From assembly GCA_963717505.1 (NCBI GenBank), contig OY970342.1:1056001-1120000 (forward strand): a stretch of DNA of 64,000 nucleotides, in the 5' to 3' direction. Below the pieces are notes generated by a model. The model was not told the DNA's origin. It made no database searches and worked only from the letters and a program-made list of their open reading frames with translations. Position numbers and translations under genes: made by a program. This document shows, one piece after another, positions 20,486 to 30,053 of this stretch (the first letter of the stretch is position 1; each line of letters begins with the position of its first letter). Source of the DNA: Candidatus Eiseniibacteriota bacterium. GTDB taxonomy: Bacteria; Eisenbacteria; RBG-16-71-46.

Positions 20486-20532
20486 AATAGCTCCGAAGGG
20501 AAGATCTCCCCCCAGCCGGCGTAAGAAGCGGC

Positions 20533-21355
20533 ATGAAGCCGCTCCTCGACCGCCTCCGGCGCTCCGACCCGCGCCACTGGCAGATCCTCGCCCTGTCGAC
20601 GCTGCTGGTCTACGGACTGGCAAGCGGCGGCATCGTCACCACGCCGGCCCACATCGCGGGAATGCTCTTCGGCGCCCTCGCCGCCCAGTGGCTGGGCTCC
20701 CGCCACGCCGGCATCGCCTTCGAGCCGCGCAGCGCGCTGATCTCCGGCATCGGACTGTGCACGCTGCTGCGGACGGACACCGCCGGTCCTCGGCGCCGTG
20801 GCCGCCGCGATCGCGGTCGGCAGCAAGTTCGTGATCCGCCGGGGCGATCGCCACCTGTTCAACCCCACCAACTTCGCGATCGCGCTGCTGCTCGGCATCG
20901 GGGCGCCGGTCTGGGTGTCGCCCGGCCAGTACGGGCACGGCGCGTTCATGGTCCTCGCCACCGTCTGCCTGGGCAGCATCGTCGTCCACCGCGCGGCGCG
21001 CAGCGACGTCACCTTCGCGTTCCTGGCGGCGTGGGCCGCGGTGTTGTTCGGCCGCTCACTTTGGCTCGGTGAACCGCTGTCGATTCCGCTGCACCGGGTC
21101 GAGAACGGCCTCCTGCTCCAGTTCGCGTTCAACATGATCTCCGACCCGCGCACCACTCCGGACTCGCGCGCCGGTCGCATTGTCTTCGCCGTGCTCGTGG
21201 CTCTGGGCGGGGCGATCGTCCAGTTCGCGCTCTTCCGCACGAACGGACTCATCTGGTCCCTGGCGTTCACGACGCTGCTCGTGCCGCTCCTCAACCGGCT
21301 GCTGCCGGGAATGCGTCACGTCTGGGGCTCTACCACCGGGAGAAAGGACCCCACC
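20533..21355 (+). CDS. RnfD/NqrB-like membrane protein (frameshift near 20780; no stop before DUF2330 region)
   Basis: DPRHWQI..SALISGIGLCTLLRT continues in +1 frame as AIAVGSKFVIR..HLFNPTNF..FNMISDPRTTP. Confidence 0.78.
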
Positions 21356-22786
21356 ATGAATTCGCATCCGCTTCCCTTCCCCGCGGCCTCGGCCGCACCG
21401 ATCGCACCCGCGGTCGCCGCGGTGCCCTGGCGATCACCCTTCCGCCGGGCGGGCCTGGCTTCGCCCATGGTCGCCGCTGCGCTGCTGCTGGCAGCCCCCC
21501 AGGTCCACGCCTTCTGCGGCTTCTACGTCGCCGGCGGCAACGCCAAGATCTTCAACGAGAGTTCGCAGGTGGTCCTGGTGCGCGACGGCGATCGGACCAC
21601 ATTGACCATGGTCAGCGACTTCAAGGGCGACCTGCGCCGCTTCGCGGTCGTGATCCCGGTGCCGACCGTGATCCAGAAGGAACAAGTCGCGATTGGCGAT
21701 CCCGCGGTGATCGAGCACCTCGACCGCTACTCCGCCCCTCGTCTGGTCGAGTACTGGGATCCCTCCCCCTGCGCGATGGCGATGCTCGAAGAACGGGCCG
21801 CCGATGCCGCGGGCATGATGCAGGCCATGCCGAGCGCGCTCAAGAGCGCCGGCAAGCGGAAGGACGTCACCGTGGAGGCCCGCTACACGGTGGGCGAGTA
21901 CGACATCGTCATCCTGTCGGCGACCACCGGCCGCGGACTCGAAAGCTGGTTGGTCGACAACGGCTATCGCATCCCGAGCGGCGCGGCCCCGGTGTTCACC
22001 GGCTATCTCAAGCAGGGCATGCGCTTCTTCGTGGCCAAGGTGAATCTCGAGGAGCACGCGCGCATGGGCGTGACCCGTCTGCGCCCGATTCGCGTCCGCT
22101 ACGAATCGTCCAAGTTCGGGCTGCCGCTTCGGCTCGGCATGGCCAATGCGCGTGGTCCGCAGGACATGATCGTCTACGCGATCTCGCGTAAGGGCCGGAC
22201 CGAAGTCGTCAACTACCGGACCCTCAAGCTGCCGACCGACGTCGAGATACCCGAGTACGTCGCCGGTGTGTTCCCGGACTTCTATCGCGCCCTGTTCCAG
22301 GAGCAGATGCAGCGCAACGGCGGCCGCGCGGTGTTCACCGAGTACGCGTGGGACATGTCGTGGTGCGACCCGTGCCCGTCCGAGCCGCTTTCGGCCGAGG
22401 AGCTCAAGTCGCTCGGCGTCACTTGGGGACCGGGCGGCGGCGCCGGCAGCCCGGTGTTCCTGACGCGGCTCCACGTGCGCTACGACCGCGCACACTTCCC
22501 GGAGGATCTCGTGCTGCAGGAAACTCCCGACACCCAGAACTGGCAGGCCCGCTACATCATGAACCACCCCTGGCGCGGCGAAGAGATCTGTCCGGTGCTG
22601 CCCGAATATTGGAGCCGGGTGCTGGAGCGTCGCGAGCGCGAAGCGGACAACCTCGCCGAGCTGACCGGTTGGGATCCCGCCGAGATCCGTGGGCGCATGG
22701 GCATGGGCCCGGCGGTGACGACGCCCAAGCGACTCGGGTTGCTCGACCGCATGCGCCGCGGGCTGGGATTGCGCTCGGGCGGGTGA
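21356..22786 (+). CDS. DUF2330-domain protein (in frame with RnfD-like ORF; own RBS/ATG at 21356)
   Basis: AFCGFYVAG..SSQVVLVRDG, VGEYDIVILSA, TEYAWDMSWCDPC, FLTRLHVRY..FPEDL. Confidence 0.85.
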   Translation: MNSHPLPFPAASAAPIAPAVAAVPWRSPFRRAGLASPMVAAALLLAAPQVHAFCGFYVAGGNAKIFNESSQVVLVRDGDRTTLTMVSDFKGDLRRFAVVIPVPTVIQKEQVAIGDPAVIEHLDRYSAPRLVEYWDPSPCAMAMLEERAADAAGMMQAMPSALKSAGKRKDVTVEARYTVGEYDIVILSATTGRGLESWLVDNGYRIPSGAAPVFTGYLKQGMRFFVAKVNLEEHARMGVTRLRPIRVRYESSKFGLPLRLGMANARGPQDMIVYAISRKGRTEVVNYRTLKLPTDVEIPEYVAGVFPDFYRALFQEQMQRNGGRAVFTEYAWDMSWCDPCPSEPLSAEELKSLGVTWGPGGGAGSPVFLTRLHVRYDRAHFPEDLVLQETPDTQNWQARYIMNHPWRGEEICPVLPEYWSRVLERREREADNLAELTGWDPAEIRGRMGMGPAVTTPKRLGLLDRMRRGLGLRSGG

Positions 22787-22841
22787 TGATGTGTGGTCGC
22801 CTAGCGAAAGGCGGCGGGTGATCCACCCGCCGTCTTCTTGC

Positions 22842-24644
22842 CTAACGAGTGCTGTCCGGTACCAGTCCCTGGCGCGCAATCTGGTCGAGCAGCGCCCTGG
22901 CCTGAGGATCACCCGGCGCCAGCTGCAACAGGCGGGTCGCCCCTCGCTTCGCCTCGGGCCACATTTCGAGACGCGACGTCATCGCGGTGTAGCCGCGCCA
23001 GGCGTCCACGTCTTCCGGAGTCCTGGCGATCAGCCGTTCGTAGACCTGCATCGCTCCCACGTAGTTGCCGGCCTGGGTCTCGGCCAGCGCCCATTGATGG
23101 TGAAGCCGCGGACTCGGCGCCAGGGCGACCGCCTCGCGAAACAATTCCGCCGCCTGGACGCCTTCGTTCCTTCGGAGATGCCGGATGCCAAGAAAATCGA
23201 AGGCCAGCGCGCGCTCGGATTCCGTGCGCTGCGGCGGTTCGACCAGAAAGGCATGGATCCGGGCCGTGCCGCGATTCTCGTCCGCGTGGTGGAGCATCCA
23301 TTGGAGCGTCGGCATCATGGCGCCGAGCGATGCCGCGAGACCGAGCCACGCCCAGCGTGGGGCGCTCTGCAGGACTTCGCCCGCCACCCAGGCGGAGAGC
23401 AGCGACAGACCGATCCCGGTCGCGATGAAGTTGTCCCAGTCGCGGAACATGCCCTGCGATGGATGCAGGAACGGCATGATCGCGAGCAGGGGCAGAACCA
23501 GAAACAGGAGGAGGGCGAGGGCCGGGCGGCGCGTACGGTCCCGCCAGAGGATCACTGCGCCCACCGGAATGATCGGCGCAACCGGCGACAGCAGCAGGAT
23601 CACGTTGAGGAAGTCCATCGACCGCAACCCGCCGAACGCCGAGGACACGATTCCTGCCGATTGCACCGCCGCCGGCGCCAGATGGATCGGCAGGTCCACG
23701 TTGATGAACGTACGCACCACGCGCGGGACCACGAACGCGAGCACGACCCAGGGTGACGCCAGACCGGCCATGGTGGCGGGCTCGCGCAGGGAACCGCGTG
23801 CACGCGGATCCCGCAGCCACATCGCCCAAACGAACATCGCGGCTGGCACCAGGGCGACGGCGGAGCGGTGGAGCGGCAAGGCCAGGGACAAGGCGACTCC
23901 GAACGCCAGGATTCCCCGACCAGTATGCAGAACCCTGAGCCCCGCGACGCCAACTGCCGCGGTCAGCACTCCGAGCTCCACGACGGCCTTGCCGTAGCCG
24001 GTCAGCAACACGAGGTAGCCGCCAAAGAACAGGATCGTTCCCGCCGCGATGGCCGGGATCCTGGAGAGTCCCGAGACCCTGGGCAGCGCCATGGCGATCA
24101 ACGCCAGCGCCGCGGCGTCGAGCAATCCGATGAGCCGCGCCGAAGCGTTGGCGTCGAGCCCGATCGTCTGCCAGAGCCAAAGCCGAAGCCGATAGTGGAT
24201 CAACTCGTCGAGCGGCATGGCCTGACGAAAGAGGTCGAAGCTCTGCCGCTCGACGACGGCGCCCATGCGCATCATGAAGTCGCCGACGTACCACGTGCGA
24301 TCGGGAATCAGGAGCACGAGCAACATGGCGCCGCCCGCGACCATCCACGTCAGGGCTGTCCGCCTGCCCGCGCGCGCGGGTCCTGACTCCAGCGCACCGG
24401 CTGCACGCCGGCTGATGGCGGGAACCAATGACAAGGCGGTGAGCGTCCAGGCACCCCACGCGACCACCGGAGGCAGAAAGCGCATGGTGTTGATGCCCCA
24501 GGCCGCCATGCTGGGAACGAAGGCGAACGCGGCGCGGGCCGCCGCCAACAGCGCGAGCACGATCCAGATGACTGCGGCCGCTCGCGCGTACGTCGCGTTC
24601 GTCGGCTCGGGCTCCGGTGGGCGCCGGCCGCCCGAAGGGCTCAC
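22842..24644 (-). CDS. Polytopic membrane protein (possibly GT-C-like) with C-terminal TPRs
   Basis: GTG at 24644 overlapping sppA stop; many TM segments; TPR-like C-terminus. Confidence 0.7.
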   Translation of the reverse strand: MSPSGGRRPPEPEPTNATYARAAAVIWIVLALLAAARAAFAFVPSMAAWGINTMRFLPPVVAWGAWTLTALSLVPAISRRAAGALESGPARAGRRTALTWMVAGGAMLLVLLIPDRTWYVGDFMMRMGAVVERQSFDLFRQAMPLDELIHYRLRLWLWQTIGLDANASARLIGLLDAAALALIAMALPRVSGLSRIPAIAAGTILFFGGYLVLLTGYGKAVVELGVLTAAVGVAGLRVLHTGRGILAFGVALSLALPLHRSAVALVPAAMFVWAMWLRDPRARGSLREPATMAGLASPWVVLAFVVPRVVRTFINVDLPIHLAPAAVQSAGIVSSAFGGLRSMDFLNVILLLSPVAPIIPVGAVILWRDRTRRPALALLLFLVLPLLAIMPFLHPSQGMFRDWDNFIATGIGLSLLSAWVAGEVLQSAPRWAWLGLAASLGAMMPTLQWMLHHADENRGTARIHAFLVEPPQRTESERALAFDFLGIRHLRRNEGVQAAELFREAVALAPSPRLHHQWALAETQAGNYVGAMQVYERLIARTPEDVDAWRGYTAMTSRLEMWPEAKRGATRLLQLAPGDPQARALLDQIARQGLVPDSTR

Positions 24645-27118
24645 TCGACCGCGACCGACCGCGGGTCGAGCCAGTGAAGCCACGCGCCCGGTTCCGGCAT
24701 GTGCAGCGAGCGATCCACGGTCTCGCGCACCCAGTTGCCGACCAGGCGGTCGAGCCACGCCGGGCGCGGGCGGCGGTATTCCACGGGCTCGATCTTCTCG
24801 CCGGCGGGAATGCCGGCACGCTGCCGCGCGTCCGCGATGGCTGCCGTCAGCCCGCCGATCTCGTCGACCAGTCCGCGGCTCAGTGCATCTTCGCCCATCC
24901 ACACGCGGCCCTGCGCGACCGAATCCACCGCGGCCACCTGCAGTCCGCGACGCGCGGCGACCAGCGCCACGAACTCGTCGTGTTCACGCCGGACCGCCGA
25001 ATCGGCGGCCGCCTGCGCTCGCTCGTCCCAGTCGTGGCCGGTCGACCAGTAGCGCATGTAGTCGCCACGGTCGAAGTCGTCCTGCCGCACGTCGTGCTGG
25101 CGGTTCCAGCCCTCGAACGAGTAGCGCACGGTGAGCACGCCGATCGAGCCGGTACGGGTGAAACGGTCGGCGAAGATGCGATCGGCCGGCAACGAGATGT
25201 GATAGCCGCCGCTCGCGGCGACGCTGCCCATGGACACCACCAGGGGTTTGCCGGTCTCGCGCTTCATCCGATCGAGCGCGTGATAGATGTGGTCGGCGGC
25301 GATGCTGGCGCCACCCGGGCTGTCGACCCTGAGGACCACGGCCTCGACTTCTGGGTTGCGATACGCGGCTTCGATCTGACGGCTGAGCGTCGCTGAGCCG
25401 ACGAACGGGCCGACCAGCAGGTCGTTGCCGCTCGAACCGCTCTCGACCCCGCCGCTCGCGTACACGACGGCGAGCCGGGTCGGCACCATCCACTCGCGGC
25501 GCTCCTCGCGCACCGTGCGCAGGTCCGCCGTCCGCGGCTTGCCCTTCATGCCCGACCGTTCTCCGAGCAGCCGCAGGGCGTCGTCGCGGTAGCCGATCGC
25601 GTCCACCACCCCGAGCTTTACGAGGTCGCTCGCTCGCCACGAACGGCCATCCAGCACTTCGAGCAGCTGTGCCGGCGGAATGCCGCGATCCGCGGAGACC
25701 GAGGTCACGAACAGATCCTGCGCCACGTCCAGCACGCGTTCGATGGATTCGCGATCGGCGGCAGTCGTCGAGTCGGCGCTGAAGTTCCGGTACGCGGACT
25801 TGTAGCGGCCATACGAGGCGCGGTCGATGCGCACGCCCCAGTCGGCCAGGGCCTCCCGGTAGTAGCGGGTCTCGGCATGAAGGCCGAGCCCCGCGAAGAA
25901 CGCCTCGGGCGGGGTCACGATCAGGTCGCACGCAGCGGCCAGGTAGAGGTCGGCGCGCCGGCCGCCGAATTCGAGATAGGCGACCACCGGCTTGCCCGCG
26001 TTGCGCAGCTCGCGGATCCGCGGCCGCAACTCCTCGACCTGGGCCATGCCCGAGATTCCGGTCAGGTGCAGGAGCACGCCCCGCGTCGAGGGGTCGGTGA
26101 GGGCTCGCTCGAGCTGGGTGTGCAGCGGTTTCGCCGGCGTGCGCCGGTCGGCGCCGAACACCGAGAAACCGGCGAGCGCGTCATCACCAAGCGCGCCACC
26201 GGCGCGAATCACCGCCACCCGATGATTCGCGCGCGTCGAGAACGTGGTGCGGTTCTCGCTCCCACTGACCACGGCGGTGTAGGTGTTGCGCGCCGGACAG
26301 TCGTCGCACTCGGCACGATGAGCGCCCAGACCAAAGTGCGGGCCGAGCACCTGGAGCCCGAAACGCAGCTCGCCGTCGCCCCCGAAGGCGCCCTGGAGCG
26401 CCACGCCCTGCGTCAGCTCCAGCTCGCCGCCCACCCGCCAGCGGGGATCGTTGAGCCGGCCGGCTTCGTTCCACGCCAGGTCACCGGTCACGGTCAGTCG
26501 CGTGCCGAGCGTGTGCGCGCTGCCGCGCGCGCCGGCCAGCGGACGGATGCCCAGACCTGCGACGTACTCGCGCCGCAGCACGGCGCCGCCGAGTTTCGGC
26601 TGCATGACGTGGTCGACGACCCCGGCCAGGGACATCCAGGGGCGCGAGCGCGACAGGAAGCCGAAACGCCAGTCGCCGGTGTGATCGTCGTTGCGCGCTT
26701 CCGGGGTCGCGTCGAGCGGCAGCCCGGCTTCGTAGACCGAAGTGTTGAGCGAGGTCCAGGTGCTGCCCATGCGGAACCGGCTCTTGCCACCGGCCGCCGA
26801 CATACCCCACGACAGCTTGCCGCCCTCGACCATCGCGGCTTGCGCCGCGACGTTCGGTCCCGAGATCACGGCTCGGTACCACGCCTCGCGTTCGTCGGCC
26901 TTCTCCGAATAGATGAACGCGTAACCGCCCCCGTGGCGCACACCGCCCACCGCGGGATTCACGAAGTAGCCGGCGGCGTCGTCGGCCGAGGTCACGCTGC
27001 TGAGCGCGTAGGGCATGGCATCGAACACGGATTGCGCCGCGACCGGCGCCACGAACAACAATCCGGCGACGGCCGTCCCGAGGACCGCCGCCCCGGTTGC
27101 GCGTCGAATGGAACCCAT
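24641..27118 (-). CDS. sppA: Signal peptide peptidase SppA (67K type) with extra N-terminal beta-strand domain
   Basis: Two S49 domains: GRYKSA, LRVDSPGG, VSMGSVAASGGY, TGSIGV, VAQGRVWMGEDA..GLVDEIGG. Confidence 0.9.
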   Translation of the reverse strand: MGSIRRATGAAVLGTAVAGLLFVAPVAAQSVFDAMPYALSSVTSADDAAGYFVNPAVGGVRHGGGYAFIYSEKADEREAWYRAVISGPNVAAQAAMVEGGKLSWGMSAAGGKSRFRMGSTWTSLNTSVYEAGLPLDATPEARNDDHTGDWRFGFLSRSRPWMSLAGVVDHVMQPKLGGAVLRREYVAGLGIRPLAGARGSAHTLGTRLTVTGDLAWNEAGRLNDPRWRVGGELELTQGVALQGAFGGDGELRFGLQVLGPHFGLGAHRAECDDCPARNTYTAVVSGSENRTTFSTRANHRVAVIRAGGALGDDALAGFSVFGADRRTPAKPLHTQLERALTDPSTRGVLLHLTGISGMAQVEELRPRIRELRNAGKPVVAYLEFGGRRADLYLAAACDLIVTPPEAFFAGLGLHAETRYYREALADWGVRIDRASYGRYKSAYRNFSADSTTAADRESIERVLDVAQDLFVTSVSADRGIPPAQLLEVLDGRSWRASDLVKLGVVDAIGYRDDALRLLGERSGMKGKPRTADLRTVREERREWMVPTRLAVVYASGGVESGSSGNDLLVGPFVGSATLSRQIEAAYRNPEVEAVVLRVDSPGGASIAADHIYHALDRMKRETGKPLVVSMGSVAASGGYHISLPADRIFADRFTRTGSIGVLTVRYSFEGWNRQHDVRQDDFDRGDYMRYWSTGHDWDERAQAAADSAVRREHDEFVALVAARRGLQVAAVDSVAQGRVWMGEDALSRGLVDEIGGLTAAIADARQRAGIPAGEKIEPVEYRRPRPAWLDRLVGNWVRETVDRSLHMPEPGAWLHWLDPRSVAVE

Positions 27119-27123
27119 CGTGT

Positions 27124-28002
27124 TCACGCCGAGCGACTCACGCCCTTGCGCGGGCATTGCGGCAGTACCGGGCACACCGAACAGCGGGGCGTGCGCGCCA
27201 CGCAGACGTTGCGTCCATGCAGGATCAACCAGTGAGAGAACATGGTCCAGCGCTCCTTCGGCACGATGGGCATCAACGCGAATTCGATCTTGACCGCGTC
27301 GCGTTCGCGGGTGAATCCGAGTCGGTGGGACAGCCGGGTCACGTGGGTGTCGACGACGATTCCGGGAATGCCGTAGGCGTTCCCGAGCACGACGTTCGCG
27401 GTCTTGCGGCCGACGCCGCGTAGCTTGACCAGCTCCTCGAGCACCCGCGGCACCTGGCCGCCATGCAGCGCGACGATGTCGGCGCAACACTCGCGGATGG
27501 CGCGCGCCTTCATCCGGTAGAAGCCGGTGGATCGGATCATCGCCTCCAGCTCGGCCGGATCGCTGGCGGCGAACGCCGCCGCGTCCTGGTACCGCGCGAA
27601 CAGCCCGGGCGTCACCTGGTTGACCCGGACGTCGGTGCACTGCGCGGACAGAATCGTCGCGATCAGCAGCTCGAGCGGCGAGGTGAAGTGGAGCGCGCAA
27701 CGAGCATCGGGATAGGAGCGATCGAGGATCTCGAGGATTGCCTGAACGCGCTCCGGATCGGGGGTCGCGCCGCGACGCACGCGGCTTCCCGCCCGTCGCG
27801 AACCCGCTGGGTTCCGCCGCGGCCGCGGCAAAGACGTGCGCGGCGTGCCGTGAGCGCCATTGGTCGCGGGCGACGAGGTGCGCCGGGCCCGACCGCTCGC
27901 GGCCGCCCGTTTCTTGCGCGGTGAAACCGGCGAGCGACCCGAAGCCGGCACGCGCGGCGCCGCCTTGGACTTACGCCTCGCTCGCGGGGACTGACGGGCC
28001 AT
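27124..28002 (-). CDS. nth: Endonuclease III with Arg/Lys-rich N-terminal extension
   Basis: LLIATILSAQCTD, HhH LRGVGRKTANVV, VDTHV, FeS motif CVARTPRCSVCPVLPQC. Confidence 0.95.
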   Translation of the reverse strand: MARQSPRARRKSKAAPRVPASGRSPVSPRKKRAAASGRARRTSSPATNGAHGTPRTSLPRPRRNPAGSRRAGSRVRRGATPDPERVQAILEILDRSYPDARCALHFTSPLELLIATILSAQCTDVRVNQVTPGLFARYQDAAAFAASDPAELEAMIRSTGFYRMKARAIRECCADIVALHGGQVPRVLEELVKLRGVGRKTANVVLGNAYGIPGIVVDTHVTRLSHRLGFTRERDAVKIEFALMPIVPKERWTMFSHWLILHGRNVCVARTPRCSVCPVLPQCPRKGVSRSA

Positions 28003-28073
28003 GCGCGACAGCCTATAGGCCGCTCGCGCGAGCGGCAAGCCCCGGCCGCGTGTTGCGCGCGTTGCGGTCGGGG

Positions 28074-28901
28074 TCAGCTCCCGAAGCGCAGTCCGAATCG
28101 GGCGCCGATGTCGTCGCCGTCGGCGATCTCGTGGTAGCGCGTCCCGTTCTCGTCTTCCACGGTGCGGCCCAGATTGGCTTCGGTACGGAACACTTCGCCG
28201 ATCAGCCGCAGCGAAGGACCGAAACGCAGGGTCAGACCGCCCCACGCCTGCCAGCCCCAGCCGTCGTACATCGCGTCGAACTTGGCGCCGGTGTTGTCTT
28301 CGGCGTCGAGAAACAACATGTGCCAACCGCCGCCGACACCGGCGTGCGGGCTCAAGCCCAGCGACGGCGCGAGCGTGAACTCGATGTAGGCCTGGACCGG
28401 AATCCGCTGCGCAGTCACGTGCGAGAGTTCCTCGACGCGAGTGGTGGTGCCACCGCCCGGAATCGGCTCGCCCGGAATCGACGCCGTGTTGCGCTGCACG
28501 CGGTAGATCCAGTCGGCGGTGACACCGAGCTGAACGTGTGGTTCCGGGACGAAGCCGAGGCGCGCGCCGGCGAGGAATCCGCGCTCGGTCTGCTCGTTGT
28601 GTTCGGAGAAACCGCCGTGCACCTGGAAGATGCTGGTCGGCGACGTCGATTCGCTGGCGGATGCCGACGGCGAAGGCGAGGGCTCGGGCGACCGCGCCGG
28701 CGGTCGTGACGAGGGCCGCGGGCGCCAGGTGATGGCCTCGAGCACCAGGGGATTCGGGTGCGCCGGCAGTGCTTGCACCTCGGGCGTGACCGAAACCAGG
28801 TCGATGTCCGACGTGAATCCATTCGCGGCGGCGGGCAGTGAGGTCGTGGCGAGAATCGTCACGGAGGCGGCCGCGGCGAGGGTGACGGACAGGGTGTTCA
28901 T
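28074..28901 (-). CDS. Outer-membrane beta-barrel protein (8-strand-like)
   Basis: RBS AGGAG; signal peptide; amphipathic strands SPHAGVGGGW, GWQAWGGL; ends FGLRFGS. Confidence 0.75.
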   Translation of the reverse strand: MNTLSVTLAAAASVTILATTSLPAAANGFTSDIDLVSVTPEVQALPAHPNPLVLEAITWRPRPSSRPPARSPEPSPSPSASASESTSPTSIFQVHGGFSEHNEQTERGFLAGARLGFVPEPHVQLGVTADWIYRVQRNTASIPGEPIPGGGTTTRVEELSHVTAQRIPVQAYIEFTLAPSLGLSPHAGVGGGWHMLFLDAEDNTGAKFDAMYDGWGWQAWGGLTLRFGPSLRLIGEVFRTEANLGRTVEDENGTRYHEIADGDDIGARFGLRFGS

Positions 28902-28968
28902 GGCGTTCTCCTGCGGGGGCGGACGGCCCGCCCCGGGGTCTGGGGACACGTCGATTATGGCACTCCAA

Positions 28969-28984
28969 TGCCCGTTTCGTGCCA
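28969..28984 (-). promoter_or_regulatory. Sigma-54-type -24/-12 promoter (TGGCACGAAACGGGCA)
   Basis: GG-N10-GC spacing with a perfect -24 box, upstream of the OMP gene. Confidence 0.5.
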
Positions 28985-29108
28985 GAGATTTGTGTCGGTT
29001 CGGTGGGAAAACGCCGGTCTTTTCGCGGTCGCGACCGGCCCCCGGCGTCCCCGGGCGGGCCGGCCGTTGCGGGTCCGCCGCAGTGCGTGCTAGCGTGCCG
29101 CACCCCGC

Positions 29109-30053
29109 GTGAATCGCGCTCAGGCCCGTCGGAAAACAAGTTCCCACCGCGTGGCCCAACGGCGCCGGGCTCACCACGAGGCGATTCCCATCCGCTCGCG
29201 ACTGCCAAGAATACTGACTGCCGTCGCCGCGCTGTTCCTGGCGCTCGGCGCGCCCTCGGCAGCCCCGCAGTCCCGGCCGTCCCCCGGGCCAACCGTCGCG
29301 TCCGAGGACACCATGTCGACCGAGGTCGCCGAGGTCCTGGTGCGCGCCCCACGCATCACCCTGGACGAGATCCTCGACCGCGTTGCGCGCGGCGAGACCC
29401 GCCGCGACTCCCTGCTCGCCGATCAGGCGTTCACCGCCACCTTCCGCGTCGTCTCGGGCGTCGAGAAGGAGAAGGGCGGCGAGGTGCTCAACGAGCGCGT
29501 GTTGCGCGTCTACAAGAAGCGCCCGAATCGCGTGCGCGTCATCGTCCTGCGCGAGTACGACCGCGAACCCGGACGCAACAGCGGCGGCAACGTTCGCTTC
29601 CGCGGCGGCATGGACGAACAGATCGTGAACTTCGCGTTCCGCCCCGAAGCGCGGCGGACCTATCGCTATCGCATCGTGGGCCGGGACTTCGTCGGCGGCC
29701 ACCTGGTCTACCGCATCGAATTCGAGCCGCGCTCGACGCTCGACCCGAGCGAGCCGAGTGGCACGGTGTGGGTGGACACCAACGAGTTCGTGATCGTTCG
29801 ACAGGAAGTGCGCTTCGAGCGCTCGCCGGTGCCGCTGTTCCTGCGCGATGTGCGCAAGATGGTGATCGAGCGCAACAAGTTCGACGACCATTGGGTGCTG
29901 CATCGCGTACTGCTGCGCATCGAGGGCACGTTCCCGTTCCCGAAGATCGGCCGAGTTTTCGACGTCGCCATTCGATTCGACGGCTATCAGATCAATCAGG
30001 GCCTCCCGGATTCGCTGTTCACGGGAACGACCGCGGACGAGGACGACGATTGA
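29109..30053 (+). CDS. Exported protein resembling the N-terminal half of DUF5686-type OM proteins
   Basis: Signal peptide; EVLVRA; YRIEFEPR..GTVWVDTNEFVIVR; ends YQINQGLPDSLF. Confidence 0.7.
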   Translation: MNRAQARRKTSSHRVAQRRRAHHEAIPIRSRLPRILTAVAALFLALGAPSAAPQSRPSPGPTVASEDTMSTEVAEVLVRAPRITLDEILDRVARGETRRDSLLADQAFTATFRVVSGVEKEKGGEVLNERVLRVYKKRPNRVRVIVLREYDREPGRNSGGNVRFRGGMDEQIVNFAFRPEARRTYRYRIVGRDFVGGHLVYRIEFEPRSTLDPSEPSGTVWVDTNEFVIVRQEVRFERSPVPLFLRDVRKMVIERNKFDDHWVLHRVLLRIEGTFPFPKIGRVFDVAIRFDGYQINQGLPDSLFTGTTADEDDD

